From contig JBQTJP010000252.1 in the NCBI GenBank assembly GCA_052386995.1, positions 1 to 57,262 of the forward strand: a DNA stretch of 57,262 nucleotides. The letters run 5' to 3'. Source of the stretch: Armatimonadota bacterium. GTDB lineage: Bacteria; Sysuimicrobiota; Sysuimicrobiia; Sysuimicrobiales; Humicultoraceae. The translations under genes were made by a program, and so were the position numbers. Of the stretch, positions 18,424-26,332 are shown one piece after another. Numbering within the stretch: position 1 is the first letter of the stretch; the number at the start of each line of letters is the position of its first letter. The notes beneath the pieces are model-generated. The model did no database searches. It saw only the letters and a program-made list of their open reading frames with translations, and was not told where the DNA came from.

Positions 18424-19426
18424 CAGGCCCGCCCAGCGTCTCGCACAGCCGCCGAAGCGATTCGACGTACCGGTAGTGGACGGCGGTATGATCGTCGTCG
18501 AACTCCTGATATTCGTGGCGGATGCTCAACGCGTCCAGCCGCCGGTGCAGCAGGCGCGCGCCCAGATGCAGGTGGTACTGGTCGCGTGCCCCGCACTCGA
18601 AGTAGATCAACTTGAGCGCACGCAGCGCGTCGGCGTGCCGCGCCGCCATGTGCACCGGATCCCACGCCAGCCAGCGGGCCCATACCGCGTCATCGAGCTC
18701 GCCGGTATGCGCGTCGAAGGGCAGATCGAATCCCAACGGGCGCCGGTCGGGATTCGGTGAGTACGCCATCGCCATCGCCGCGATGTTGATGGCCGTCAGC
18801 GCCTCGTTCGTCTTCTTCGGCATGTCGAGGAAGGCGCTCAGAAATGCCTCGACGCCGCCGTGCTTCGCGACGATGTTGCAGAACTTCCAAAAGTCCGGTT
18901 TGTAGCAGGCCTCGAAGTACATGTCGCCGGAATGCGACGCGACGGCGCCGAAGACGTCGGGATGCCCCATGGCCAGGACGAGCGCGCCGTACCCGCCGCT
19001 CGACTTGCCGTTGATGCCGCGCCCGGCCGGCGCTGCGATCGTCCGGTACGTGCGGTCGACGTGCGCGACGATCTCCGAGACGACGAAGTCCTCATACCGA
19101 CCGTTCGCGGTCGAGTTCAGATACTGGCTGCCGCCGTACTTGGTAAAGCCATCGACCATGACCAAAATGGCGGGCGGAGCGCCGGCGGCGAGAACGCGGT
19201 CCATGCAGACCGGAAGCGACGGGATCCACGGGTTGGCGCTGATCGCCGAGAGGCCGATCCCGGTGAATCCGTGCAGCCAGTAGATCGTGGGATAGGACGC
19301 TGTGCCGCCGTCATAGCCCGGTGGCAGGTAGACCGGAATCTGCCTGATGTGCGGATCGCCCAGGGGGTTGCCGGCCAGCGCGCGGCTCTCGACCTCGTCG
19401 ATCGCCACGCGTCCGGAGGCCGTCAT
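18413..19426 (-). CDS. alpha/beta-hydrolase esterase (putative esterase / Fes-like)
   Basis: NPLGDP..VYLPPGY, GKSSGG nucleophile elbow, ECGARDQY, DDDH. Confidence 0.9.
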
Positions 19427-19911
19427 GACCCGGCGGATGGTGTGAGGCTGCGAGGAGCATCCACGATGACGTCGTCGCCGCGGCGGATGCGGCCCGCGCC
19501 TATCGTGGCGATGACCTTGCTCATCATCCCGCGCCGGCCGCGTAGCGCATCGCGGAGCGTGTACGGATCGGTGGCCGCGTTGTACTTTGCGATGCCCTCA
19601 CAGGGATCGCACCGCCCGGTGAGTTCGAGCGTCACCTCGCCGATTCGAAGCAGCGTGCCCTCGGGCAGGTCGTCCAGCCCCGGCAGGTCGACGGTCAACT
19701 GCTCTTTGAGGGCGCCGTGCGCCAGGCCGAACGCGTCAAGCGTCCGGCGGTCTGCGAGCAGGATCTGTCGAGAGGTGTCCGGACGGCTCTTGCCATGAAC
19801 ATCGCCTTCCAGTCCGTGCCCAACCAGCGCCTGCGCTTCCTCCACATCAACCGGTGGCTGTTTGTGCTTCTTGAGCAGATGGATGGACAGCACGACGCCG
19901 CGCGCGCTCAC
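19423..19911 (-). CDS. MOSC domain protein
   Basis: GLEGDVHG..RQILL, GALKEQL, LRIGEVTLELTGRCDPC, GRRGMMSKV..GRIRRGD. GTGA overlap. Confidence 0.88.
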   Translation of the reverse strand: MSARGVVLSIHLLKKHKQPPVDVEEAQALVGHGLEGDVHGKSRPDTSRQILLADRRTLDAFGLAHGALKEQLTVDLPGLDDLPEGTLLRIGEVTLELTGRCDPCEGIAKYNAATDPYTLRDALRGRRGMMSKVIATIGAGRIRRGDDVIVDAPRSLTPSAGS

Positions 19912-22124
19912 CGGCGGCCCTCGCCGCGCCGCGGTCGGTCGAGGCCGGTGATGGCGAAGACCGCCGGCGCGGCCTCGCTCTCGCCCGCCAGCAGATCGAT
20001 CGTGACGATGGGCTGATCCGGCGTCGGATTCGTCCAGCACAGCATCGACAGCCGGACATCAAGCCCTGAGCGCGTGCGGCCTTCCCAGGCGATCTCGTGC
20101 TCGATGGTGATGGGATCATCGAGCCAGGTCATGATGTGGAGTCGATACTGCACCGGGATGTCCGCGCCGGAGCCATCGCCGAAGTGCACGCGATACGTCA
20201 GGACGGGGTCGCCCCACCGCGATCCGGGGTGGGGCAGGACGTGGAGGAAGCAGAGCGCGCCGGCGGTCCGTCCAACCGGCACCGTCACGCGTTGCGGCAA
20301 CCCGCGCAATGACCCCCGCGTGCCGCGAAGCATCACCACGCTGCGCCCACGGTTCTCCTCCGGATCGAGAATCGTGAACAGCACGCCCGCCATCCGCTGC
20401 CGCCCCATCGGGAGATGCCTGAGGTCATAGTCCGGACCCTTCTCGAGCCACGCCGCGCTCGCACCGTCGTCGATGTGGCTGCGCGTCGCCACGTACCTCA
20501 AGTCGAGCGCGAACCCCGATATGTCCTGCGGTCGCTCGCGCGCGCCGAACCAGTCGGCGCGGAACCGGTCGGCGGCACCGACCGCCGTGATCGAGGGCTC
20601 CGGACGGCGGGCGTTCCAGAAGTGGTCCGCGGCGGGCAGGTAGCTGTAGATCTGCTGATACTGCAGCAGCGCGCTGCGGTTGCCGAAGTATCCGGTCCAG
20701 GTCGTGCGCACCATGCCCGCGGCACTCGCCTGCCTCGCCTCCAGCGAAAGCGAGGCGATGTTGCCGAGATCGAACCAGGTGGCGGCCAAAACCGGAAATC
20801 CTCGTTCGCGCAGCAGGCGCAGGCTCGGATAGCGGGCGGCATCATGGTATTGCCAGTCCACGACGACGATGTCCCGGGGGAGGCGGGCGAGCTCGGGCGC
20901 GTAGTCGCTGGTCAGCAGCACGTCGCCCCACATCATGGTGCCCACGCCACGCTGCTTGAGGTGCTCGTGGAGTCGCACCACGTCGCGCACGAAGAGCTCG
21001 CCGAACCCCAGCCTCTTCCCTTCCTCTGACCAGGGGAACGGGACGACGTTGCGCACCTCATCGTGCCCGATGTGGACGAACCGCGCGCCGAACAGCGCCA
21101 CGGCCTCGTCGAGGATCGGCAGGACGACGTCATACACCCGTGGGTTGAGCGGATTGTAGGCGAACCGCGCCGGCGCGAGATCGGCCGGCATCTCCAGCAG
21201 ATCCAGGTTCTGATTGTTGTTGAACAGCCATTCGGCGTGCCCCAGCGTTTGAATGAGCGGCACCGGCTCGATCAGATGCTCGCGGGCGGCGGCGATCACC
21301 GCCGCGGCTTGCGCCTTGGTCGCGCCGCTCGGATGCCGGATGTTCGCCGCGCTGTCCCACTGGATGTACTCGGACTCGGCGATGAGCATGTTGAACTTGT
21401 AGCGGCTGAAGATGCGCTCGATCAGGGCGACATGGAAAATCGACGAGTAGTTGTCCAGCACCACGTGGACGGCCCGGATCGCGTGATCCGGCCAGTCGCG
21501 GATCTGGACGGCCGGGATGCCCAGCCGCGGCCGATCTTGCGAGCCAGGGTCGCGCGTCGCCGATCCGGCAGCGTCGGCCGCAATCAACTGACGGAGTGTT
21601 TGGATCGCGTAAAACGTGCCGCGCCGGTCCGCTCCGCTCGCCACGACGATCCCGGGAGCGACGTTCAGCACGTAGCCCTCGGGCCCCGGCGACTGCCGGT
21701 CGACGCGAGGTCCGTCTCTTGCAAGGACCGCGGCGGCCAGGGGGTTGAGGGCCGGCTCGCCGATCAGGATGGCATCCCCGGGCGTCGCGCCGGGCGGCGT
21801 GCCCGCGGCGGAGGCGCGCACAATCTCAAGGGGTCGCGCCCCCCAGGCGGTGATCTCTTCGTTCAGCTCGCGCGCCGCGTACAGGTCTTCGGGCTCGGCG
21901 GCGTCGCCGACGATAATGCGCGTGGCGGGCGTCAGCTCGAACCGGCCCTGCTGCCAGCGCAGCGACTTCGGCGCAGGGATGATGGGCCGATCGCGCGGCG
22001 GTGTGACGTACGCGTCGGGGATCGCCGCCGGTCTAAAAGGGGCTGGCTGGGACGCTCCCGGTGCGCCGGCCAGGGCCAGGACGGCGGCCGAGAGCAGCGC
22101 GACGACCGCCGGACGGCGGCTCAC
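19908..22124 (-). CDS. secreted beta-N-acetylhexosaminidase, GH20 family
   Basis: Signal peptide, IIPAPK, GH20b domain (EGYVL..GADRRGTFYAIQTLRQL..IRDWPD), PLIQTLGH, catalytic HIGHDE, MWGD, DWQY. Confidence 0.9.
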   Translation of the reverse strand: MSRRPAVVALLSAAVLALAGAPGASQPAPFRPAAIPDAYVTPPRDRPIIPAPKSLRWQQGRFELTPATRIIVGDAAEPEDLYAARELNEEITAWGARPLEIVRASAAGTPPGATPGDAILIGEPALNPLAAAVLARDGPRVDRQSPGPEGYVLNVAPGIVVASGADRRGTFYAIQTLRQLIAADAAGSATRDPGSQDRPRLGIPAVQIRDWPDHAIRAVHVVLDNYSSIFHVALIERIFSRYKFNMLIAESEYIQWDSAANIRHPSGATKAQAAAVIAAAREHLIEPVPLIQTLGHAEWLFNNNQNLDLLEMPADLAPARFAYNPLNPRVYDVVLPILDEAVALFGARFVHIGHDEVRNVVPFPWSEEGKRLGFGELFVRDVVRLHEHLKQRGVGTMMWGDVLLTSDYAPELARLPRDIVVVDWQYHDAARYPSLRLLRERGFPVLAATWFDLGNIASLSLEARQASAAGMVRTTWTGYFGNRSALLQYQQIYSYLPAADHFWNARRPEPSITAVGAADRFRADWFGARERPQDISGFALDLRYVATRSHIDDGASAAWLEKGPDYDLRHLPMGRQRMAGVLFTILDPEENRGRSVVMLRGTRGSLRGLPQRVTVPVGRTAGALCFLHVLPHPGSRWGDPVLTYRVHFGDGSGADIPVQYRLHIMTWLDDPITIEHEIAWEGRTRSGLDVRLSMLCWTNPTPDQPIVTIDLLAGESEAAPAVFAITGLDRPRRGEGRR

Positions 22125-23410
22125 AGTCGCGCATTCCACTGCCTCACCGCCCAATCCAGCGCTTCTCTGGGGCTGCGCTTGCCGTAGAATGCGCTTTCGA
22201 CGGCCTCGCGGAAGACGCGGAACAGATCCCCGGCGTTGGGGATGATCACGCTCAGATCGCGGGCGTGGGGCAGGTCGGCGGCGGCGACTTTGCGGGCGAT
22301 GTCTTCTGGTCCCGCGCCGCCCTTCTTGAAAAACGGGTCGGCCGCGGCCTGTTTGGTCGATGGGAAGACGACGACCTGCCTGCTGAACTCGAGCTGGTTT
22401 GCGTCGTTGGTCACGAACAGCGCGAAATCGACGGCCGCCGCGGCATTCCGGCTCGCCTTGGGAACGGTCACGGCCATCGTCGCCAGATGAAGGGTGTTGC
22501 CTTTGCCCTTGGGATACGGCGCGACGAACGTCTGCGCGTATACCTCGGGGTTGTCGTTCTTGACGCGCAGGAGAAACTGCGGGCCGGTGATAAGCATTCC
22601 GAGCTGACCGGCGCTGTACCGTTCGGTGGCGCCCAGAAAGCCCCGGCGCAGCGTGTCTTCTGGGAAGTAGTCGGCCTTGAAGATGTCCACATACCGGGCC
22701 AGGTAGCGCACGTGCTCGGGAGAGTTGAACACGGCGCGCTTGCCATCAGCACTGAGAATGGGCAGACCGTTCTCCTGGAACCGGTGCAGCATTCGCACGC
22801 CGTCCACGTTGGGCATGAATCCGTAGATCTTGGTGCGATCCTTGATCTGTCGTGCGTGCTGGATCATCTCGTCTTCGGTGTCGGGCGGCGAGCTGGGGTT
22901 GAGCCCGGCCCGGCGGTAGATGCCGGCGTTGTACGCGACGACGTTTGGGACGACGTACCAGGGCAGCCCAAAGGTGCGGCCGCGGAGCTGCGTCGAGCGC
23001 CACAGGCCCTCGAAGTAGCGGGCCCGCGCGTCGGCCGCCACCGCCGTGTCCATGTCGACGAGGGCATCGCGCTCGGCCAGGCGGACGGTCATCTCCGTGT
23101 TGAGATTGACGACATCGGGCGCCACGCCGCCCGCCAGCGACGCGAGCAGCTTCTGCTCGATCGCGCTGAACTGTACGTCGACCCACCGGATCTTCACGCC
23201 CGGCTTGGATCGCTCGTAGCCCGCGATCATGCCGTTGACGAAGTCGTTGAAGAACGGCTGCAGGGCGATGGTCCAGAACTCGAGGGTGACCGTGGGCGCG
23301 CTGTAGCCGGCTGGGGATACGACGGCAAACGCTGCGGCGACGAATAGGGCCACGATCAGAGGCGCGACGAAAGTGCGACGAATCATCTGGGCGCTGGTTC
23401 TGGTGAGCAT
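22121..23410 (-). CDS. sugar ABC transporter substrate-binding protein
   Basis: Signal peptide, TLEFWTIALQPFF..WVDVQFSAIEQKL..APDVVNLN, GLPWY. Confidence 0.92.
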   Translation of the reverse strand: MLTRTSAQMIRRTFVAPLIVALFVAAAFAVVSPAGYSAPTVTLEFWTIALQPFFNDFVNGMIAGYERSKPGVKIRWVDVQFSAIEQKLLASLAGGVAPDVVNLNTEMTVRLAERDALVDMDTAVAADARARYFEGLWRSTQLRGRTFGLPWYVVPNVVAYNAGIYRRAGLNPSSPPDTEDEMIQHARQIKDRTKIYGFMPNVDGVRMLHRFQENGLPILSADGKRAVFNSPEHVRYLARYVDIFKADYFPEDTLRRGFLGATERYSAGQLGMLITGPQFLLRVKNDNPEVYAQTFVAPYPKGKGNTLHLATMAVTVPKASRNAAAAVDFALFVTNDANQLEFSRQVVVFPSTKQAAADPFFKKGGAGPEDIARKVAAADLPHARDLSVIIPNAGDLFRVFREAVESAFYGKRSPREALDWAVRQWNARL

Positions 23411-24438
23411 GGCCTGAATCCTCCCATGTGCGGCGGTCCCGCAGCATTCGTCACGCCATTCAACGGCACGGCATCAACCACGTGAAACGTGTGCAACCTT
23501 CCGTCGCGGCTCAGGAGCCACTCAACCTCAACCGGGTGCGCAAAGTCAGGAGCCAGGCGGCCGTGCTCGACCCAGTACCGCCCGGGTGCATCCCCGCTGA
23601 GCGCCGGGCCGGCCTTTACGATCAGCCGCGTCGGACCATCGACGAAGCGCACCTCATCTATTACGGGCAGGGCTGCGAGCGCGTTCTCAATGCGGCCCCG
23701 AAGATCACGCGGCAGTGCGGGCAGGACATTCACGAGCGCGATGTTTCTCCGCATCGGGCCCGCGATCTTGACGTTGGCGAGGGCCGCCGCAAATCCGGCC
23801 TGGGCGAGGGCGGCCAGCAGGACCTCGTTTGCCTCCGCCACGGCGCGCCCGTGGTAGTCGGGGTTGATGAGCGGTTTGAGGAGATGCTTGAGCTTGCAGC
23901 CTTCGCGCCCGGTGTGCTCGCCGATGCGCGGGATTTGGAGCCCCAGCTCATCGGCCAGCGCGCGAATCTGCGGCTTGTCGAGATCAAGGAGCGGAGAGTA
24001 GAACCCATTGCTCACTTTGACGCCCATCTGTCCCCACGTGTCGCTGCGGTTGGAGCCGGTGAGGACCAGCCGGCCGCGCGACGCGGCTTTCACCAGCCCG
24101 AGCTTGATATGCCGCGTGCACCGGTTGCAGGCCGGACCGCCGCGCTGGACGGTGTGCTGCATCTTCTGTCCCAGCAGACACCGCTGCTCCAGCCCGAGCT
24201 GCTCCGCCATCTCCAGCACGATCTGGTTGCCGCGCCGGTAGTTGTACTGCCCCATGTTCACCGTGACGAGCAGTACGTTGGGCGCCCCCAGCGCATCGCG
24301 TGCGAGCGCCGCCACGGTGGACGAGTCCAGCCCGCCGCTAAACGCGACGACAACCGGCGCGCCCCGGGCCACGGCCCGGATGTCCGCGACGAGCGCCGGC
24401 GCCAGACTCGAACGGGTTTCCGCGCCCAGCGAGTCCAT
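23383..24438 (-). CDS. PP-loop ATP pyrophosphatase, LarE/ExsB-like putative sulfur transferase
   Basis: VAFSGGLDS, ACNRC (CxxC), TGSNRSD, SPLLDLDKPQIRALADELGL, GREGCKLKH (third Cys). Confidence 0.8.
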   Translation of the reverse strand: MDSLGAETRSSLAPALVADIRAVARGAPVVVAFSGGLDSSTVAALARDALGAPNVLLVTVNMGQYNYRRGNQIVLEMAEQLGLEQRCLLGQKMQHTVQRGGPACNRCTRHIKLGLVKAASRGRLVLTGSNRSDTWGQMGVKVSNGFYSPLLDLDKPQIRALADELGLQIPRIGEHTGREGCKLKHLLKPLINPDYHGRAVAEANEVLLAALAQAGFAAALANVKIAGPMRRNIALVNVLPALPRDLRGRIENALAALPVIDEVRFVDGPTRLIVKAGPALSGDAPGRYWVEHGRLAPDFAHPVEVEWLLSRDGRLHTFHVVDAVPLNGVTNAAGPPHMGGFRPCSPEPAPR

Positions 24439-24444
24439 ACCCCG

Positions 24445-24450
24445 ATTATA
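24445..24450 (-). promoter_or_regulatory. -10 box TATAAT giving a leaderless start for the PP-loop gene and operon
   Basis: TATAAT-cggggt-ATG, with no SD. Confidence 0.6.
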
Positions 24451-24528
24451 TATGAAGGAACTTGCCCCCTCTCTCCGAAGCGGTTAGATCGTGAAAAATC
24501 GCCATTATCGACTTCCGGGAGGTGTTGG

Positions 24529-24876
24529 ATGAGCACGCAGCCCGCTCAGGCAGACTCTAATCGGCTGCTCGCAGCGCTCTCATACCCGATCTGGATCATC
24601 GCCCTTGTCATCGTTCTCACTGAAATGAAGAAGGACTCCTTCATGAGGCATCATGGTTGGACCGCTCTCTTCTGGGGCATCGCGTGGGTCATTCTCTGGA
24701 TTGCGATCTCGATCCTCATGGCGATTCCATTCCTGGGCATTGGACTCGCGATCCTCTTCCCATTCATGGGGCTTGCGTGGTTGATTCTGTCCATCTACTA
24801 TGCCGTTCAAGCCTACAACGGAAAGACGGTCTCAATCCCGGTCGTCAGCGATTTCGCGAGGAAGTATGCGGCATAG
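24529..24876 (+). CDS. DUF4870-like small membrane protein
   Basis: RLLAALSY..KKDSFMRHH..AVQAYNGKTVSIPVV, three TM segments, SD GGAGGTG. Confidence 0.85.
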   Translation: MSTQPAQADSNRLLAALSYPIWIIALVIVLTEMKKDSFMRHHGWTALFWGIAWVILWIAISILMAIPFLGIGLAILFPFMGLAWLILSIYYAVQAYNGKTVSIPVVSDFARKYAA

Positions 24877-25100
24877 CCAACGCGCGTTGTCTTAATGAAG
24901 CCGGTGATTTCTCGATGCCTCCGAGACCATTCGGCTGACGTTGACCGCTAAGATCTAAGCCCACCCTCCTCCGCCCTCAGCGGAGGTCCGCTTCATTTTC
25001 ACAATTCATCTGCATTAGCGCGGGCCTTTTCGGCCGCGGACGTGCGCGCGCGCCTCCGCGCCTCCCTGTATCGGCAGGACACCGCGGGAGGTGAAAGGAG

Positions 25101-25271
25101 ATGGCGTCAGAGCGCGAGAGCGCAGTTCAATTCGTACGCGGCAAGAAGATCGTAGAGGTCGACGGCGAGGTGTTCCAGAGCGAAGCATCATACGACCGAG
25201 GCGGAGCGCGTCCTCGCAGAGCGCCGGTCGTACCCAGTCGTCACCGGCGGTCGCCGAGTATCCCTCGTTGA
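25101..25271 (+). pseudogene. short ORF, probably the 5' remnant of a truncated gene
   Basis: Strong SD (GGAGGTGAAAGGAG) before MASERESAVQFVRGKKIVEVDGEVFQSEAS. The rest reads through the antisense of the sigma pseudogene. Confidence 0.4.
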
Positions 25272-25487
25272 ACACCAGGTAGATGACCTCGAGCACCGAC
25301 GACAGACGGGCCGTGAGCTCCGCCCCCTGGGGAACCTCGAAGGGAATGCGGGCCTCGGCGAGCGTCCGCTTTGCCCTGACGATTCGCTGGGCGACGGTCG
25401 GCTCCGACACGAGGAATCGGCGATGATCTTGGCGGACTCGATCCGCCAGACCCCTTCAATCGCGCAATGCGCGTCGGAAGCCATCAC
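25189..25487 (-). pseudogene. ECF42-type (DGPF-associated) RNA polymerase sigma factor pseudogene
   Basis: MASDAHCAIEGVWRIESAKIIA is joined out of frame to FLVSEPTVAQRIVRAKRTL..LEVIYLVFNEGYSATAGDDWVRPALCEDALRLGR. Most of region 2 and the C-terminal extension are missing. Confidence 0.85.
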
Positions 25488-25545
25488 GGCATTAGTTGAC
25501 GTGAAAAGGTATTTCACACTCTGAACAAGCCGGAAGGAGTCGCCA

Positions 25546-25980
25546 CTACGGCTTGGCGCCCTGCTTGAGTTGCTCAGCCTGCGCGCGCAGGCGCCTCTCC
25601 TGCTCCCGGAGCTCGGGCGTGAACTCGGCACCGAAGTCCTCCGCCTCGAACACCTGCCGGATTTCGATCTCGGCGCCCCCGCCGAACGGGGCGCGCTTCA
25701 GCCATTCGATCGCCTCTTCCATCGACCTCACCTGCCACAGCCAAAAGCCGGCGATCAGCTCCTTCGTCTCTGTGAAGGGCCCGTCGATGACGGTCCGCTT
25801 TCCTTCAGAGAATCTGACGCGCACGCCCTTCGAGCTCGGGTGGAGCCCCTCGCCCGCGAGCATCACGCCGGCTTTTACCAGCTCTTCGTTGTACTTCCCC
25901 ATCTCGGTCAGGATCTTTTCATCTGGGAGAACGCCGGCCTCCGAGTCCTTGTTGGCTTTGACCAGCACCATGACTCTCAT
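25546..25980 (-). CDS. YciI/DGPF domain protein
   Basis: GEGLHPSSKG, VIDGPFTETKELIAGFWLWQV, EIEIRQVFE. SD GGAGG. Confidence 0.93.
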   Translation of the reverse strand: MRVMVLVKANKDSEAGVLPDEKILTEMGKYNEELVKAGVMLAGEGLHPSSKGVRVRFSEGKRTVIDGPFTETKELIAGFWLWQVRSMEEAIEWLKRAPFGGGAEIEIRQVFEAEDFGAEFTPELREQERRLRAQAEQLKQGAKP

Positions 25981-26062
25981 CGCAATGCCTCCTCCGGGCT
26001 ACGGTTTTGGCGCCGGGCTCCCGGCCGGCCTCGACCGGCCTGAACCTGGGCTCCACCTCCAC

Positions 26063-26089
26063 GACGAACGAGGAGTAGCCAAATCGACA
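26063..26089 (-). promoter_or_regulatory. ECF42-type promoter TGTCGA-N17-CGTC
   Basis: TGTCGAtttggctactcctcgttCGTC upstream of the DGPF gene matches the described ECF42 target motif. Confidence 0.7.
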
Positions 26090-26126
26090 AGTGCGGGGTC
26101 TTCCTGGAGCAGGGGGAGCATCCGCC

Positions 26127-26214
26127 TGGCGGAGAGGGTGGGATTCGAACCCACGAGGGCGTGCGCCCTAACGGATTTCAAGTCCGCCGCCTTCAACCGC
26201 TCAGCCACCTCTCC
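26127..26214 (-). tRNA. tRNA-Ser (anticodon TGA), CCA encoded
   Basis: GGAGAGG/CCTCTCC acceptor stem, anticodon loop CT-TGA-AA, long variable arm, GGTTCGAATCC, G73 discriminator followed by CCA. Confidence 0.97.
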
Positions 26215-26332
26215 GGGGCCTATTATAGAGGAAGCCGCTAATCCGACCAACGGCAGGGGAAGCACGCGGGGCCTCAAATTGCTTTCGTGTACCGTAGTCA
26301 CAGTAACAGGTGAATGACGGGGAGGGATCGTG

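Noticed and set aside
23383..24438. Calling the PP-loop gene queC because queG is nearby
   Set aside because: It lacks the QueC C-terminal Cx8CxxCxxC zinc motif, and its Cys layout is LarE-like.
23428..24528. Long upstream part of the 482-aa plus-strand ORF
   Set aside because: It is antisense to the PP-loop gene. Only 24529-24876, with a clear SD, looks coding.
24877..26126. Prophage or integrative element at tRNA-Ser
   Set aside because: I saw no integrase and no duplicated tRNA 3' end (att site) in the window, only decayed genes.
26127..26214. Selenocysteine or UGA-suppressor tRNA
   Set aside because: The anticodon TGA reads the Ser codon UCA, whereas tRNA-Sec has anticodon TCA. The acceptor stem is a normal 7 bp.
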